Under the pieces are notes generated by a model that was given only the letters and a program-made list of their open reading frames with translations, ran no database searches and was not told the DNA's origin. From assembly GCF_008831285.2 (NCBI RefSeq), contig NC_045138.2, forward strand, positions 20,274,001-20,338,000: a stretch of 64,000 nucleotides of DNA. The letters run 5' to 3'. The position numbers and the translations under genes are program-made. Positions 61,590 to 64,000 of this stretch are shown one piece after another (positions within the stretch are counted from its first letter, which is position 1; each line of letters begins with the position of its first letter). This DNA is from Nymphaea colorata. Lineage: Eukaryota.

Positions 61590-64000
61590 TGACCTCCAAC
61601 TACCTCAAGAACTCCTCACCATTCCATCTCAAACGCCCTTGCATTCATCTGATTCCAGAAAGGAACTTCTGGCCATTACAATTGGTAATCATCCAAGCCA
61701 TCTGTTGGGATTTCTTGCTGATACAGCACATCTATTAGCTAATTAGAATGGAAATCACAGGCCCCTGACTTGCTTCATTCATTTTCATTATTTGTAACCA
61801 TAGTCACAAAAAAACATGTTTTTTTTATGATATATTAAATTACTGTTTAAAACTTTAAAAAATCATTTTTTTTTGAAAAAAAACGTTAAAAAAAGCATTT
61901 TTAACGCGTTTGTTTTATTTTTTAATGCCAAACAATTTTTTGTTGTTGCAAATATTCTTATCTTTTGAAGTTTGTGTTATTAGTTTCTCACTTATTTTAT
62001 TTTTCTCAAATTTTAGTTTTTTAATTTTTAAAAATTTATGGTATTTTTTCCATATTCTTATTATACCCAATAAAAACATCCCCATTTTAAACTTCAAAAC
62101 GTTATTTGCGATTATGTCTGTAACAAGAACCAAACTAAAAAATTCTGGCTAAAAGGTACTAATTTACAAAATTTAAAATTTTTAAGGTTCATTGATATGT
62201 TAGTAAAAATAATTACCCCAAAATATCAATATGAAAATAAGCATTGTCTTTTGGGTCTGTGTGGGCAATTGCCCACACCTGCCTCCACCCCTGCTTTGGG
62301 GCCTTGATAGGTACAACTCTGAGAAAGATGATGGAACTAACACTGATCGAAACGCGAACAAAAAAAACATAAATAGTTCTGATGCAGTAACGCGTCTCGT
62401 ATATAAAGAAACAAAACAAAATCAAGATGTGCGATGGATAGTTCAGATAAGGTAATAAATCTGGTATGAAGCGAAGCAGTTCTTTCTTCTCTCACATTCC
62501 AAGATGTTGAAGTTCTATGGTTTTGAGGATGAAAAACAGAAGATCAAGTGTCCTTTGTTGACGAGATTGATGATCTCCATCACTAAATTTGATAATTTAG
62601 TTTGTACCTCTTGAAATCAAACGGGGTGAAATTGTTACAACAAAATTGGAAAGAAAAATCAGCCTTAAGAGAGTTTGGGCTTCTTTTTTCTCGAAAATAT
62701 TATCTCTGCGGCGTAGGAAGAACTAACTTTGTTGATCACAATCTCTTTTCTTGGTTATCAAACACACACTCAAAGCATCCAACCGGCTTTTTGATTGCTT
62801 GTAACTCCTTGTTACCAACTAGTGCCTGAGTTGGTCTCAAGTAAACCCCAAGGCCAGATTTGTTTACCTCGGACTTCATGTCTAAGTGATTGGAAGCCAT
62901 ATTTATATATATGCATCTGATTTTGGAATACTGTACTTATTCAAATAGTAAATTTCTGGTAAACTAAAGCATTGATAGATATCAAATCTAAAATCCGAAG
63001 CTATCAAACGCGACCATCATGTCTTAGGAGAGATGCTAAGGAGAAACTCGGGCAGGTTTAGCATTTGATCTTACTTGGGGTTTTTTTTCCAAAAAATATT
63101 TTTTTTTTGTTGAATTTTGTAAAAGATTCACAAAGGAAAAGGGAATGCATTGTTTTCACTGCTCTTGAGCAAATGGAAGTCTTTTAGCCCACAATGGAAC
63201 TCATTAATATTAAATGAATTCATTTTGTTTTGTTCTCTCACGCCATATATTTAGACAATCTTTTACTCAAACTCGAGCAACCTAAAACAATTATATATGG
63301 AATTTTTGCTCGATCTAAATAGGCAAATTGGATGTGAACTGCCATGTTCCTGTCGTTGCCAAAAATAAATGGAGGTTTTCTGTTCAACCAATCCAACTTT
63401 TATATGTCCAAATTAAATATTGATTACTATCTCCGTATTCCCTTCAAAACATGGAAATTCTAGAACTGAAATCTTGCATACGGTTTTTTTACTTGAGTAA
63501 TTAAACTTATTTCCCTCATTGGGGTAACGGATGGACAAAGGGTTTGTAGGTGGCCAGTCTCAAGTTCAAGTTCTCAATGTGTCAACTTTGGGTCGGTTAA
63601 AATAAAAAAATTCTATGTCGTAAAATAAAAGTACCAATATGCAAGTTGAAGTACAGTGAGAGCACCTATCTTAAGACACTAAAAATAAACATGTGCTCTA
63701 GGGGCAGGATAAAATACGTTTGTTCACCAACAAAATACTTAAATAAACTCAAAAATGTCACTAGATTATATCCCTAAGTCACCGACATGTGAATGAACAA
63801 TAGCAGCAAAAATAATCATGCACCAGCTGCTTTCTGTCTTTGATCCATATCTCATTTATTCCAAAATTTTCATTTTTCTTATAAATAGTGGATTGATGAG
63901 ATAAACCTCCGACTTTTTGGGTTCATGAAGCAATAAGCATCGCAAAAATGATTTTAAGATATATACTTGACTTCCGAACTTTGAATTTATCAAGTCTATG

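Larger units (their letters stand above)
58080..62880 (+). pseudogene. putative highly degenerate CC-NB-LRR (NLR) pseudogene; boundaries approximate
   Basis: Motif remnants in canonical order across frames: LYHVGILE (EDVID-like, 58161), SVPALIGGMGGV (P-loop, 58643), VVSDGRF (RNBS-A-like, 58825), KYFLLFCD or IFLVIL (kinase-2-like, 58983), GAK-LVT (RNBS-B, 59240), QIMLRCK and LPF..KVLGS (GLPL region, 60124-60498), and LRR-like PSFTLSWCPLL..LPLL, DSPQLSS..M..LQLPQELLTI, CPLLTRLMI, PELVS (60985-62840). Confidence 0.5.

Overview
This is plant (angiosperm) nuclear DNA: AT-rich, with GT-AG introns, many (AT)n/(AG)n microsatellites and hAT- and Tourist-type MITEs. The species cannot be established from the sequence. 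Seven protein-coding genes were reconstructed by hand: an intronless VQ-motif (MKS1-like) gene (+); a 13-exon carotenoid isomerase CRTISO (-); an 11-exon OEP61/TPR7 (+), head-to-head with CRTISO; a divergent SINA/SINAT RING E3 ligase (+); an 8-exon sucrose-phosphate phosphatase (+); and two small uncharacterised proteins, one with an N-terminal hydrophobic anchor and an RVxF motif and one with a CCCPC cysteine cluster. The accessory DNA holds a decayed Ty1/copia remnant, a possible LINE fragment, several local tandem duplications and, at about 58-63 kb, what looks like a heavily eroded CC-NB-LRR fossil. In that fossil the motifs survive in order, the GLPL motif is split by a MITE, and one 69-bp LRR unit has expanded into a higher-order array carrying miR396-like sequence. 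No prokaryotic-type system, CRISPR array, tRNA or rRNA was seen. All calls are by eye and none was checked against a database.
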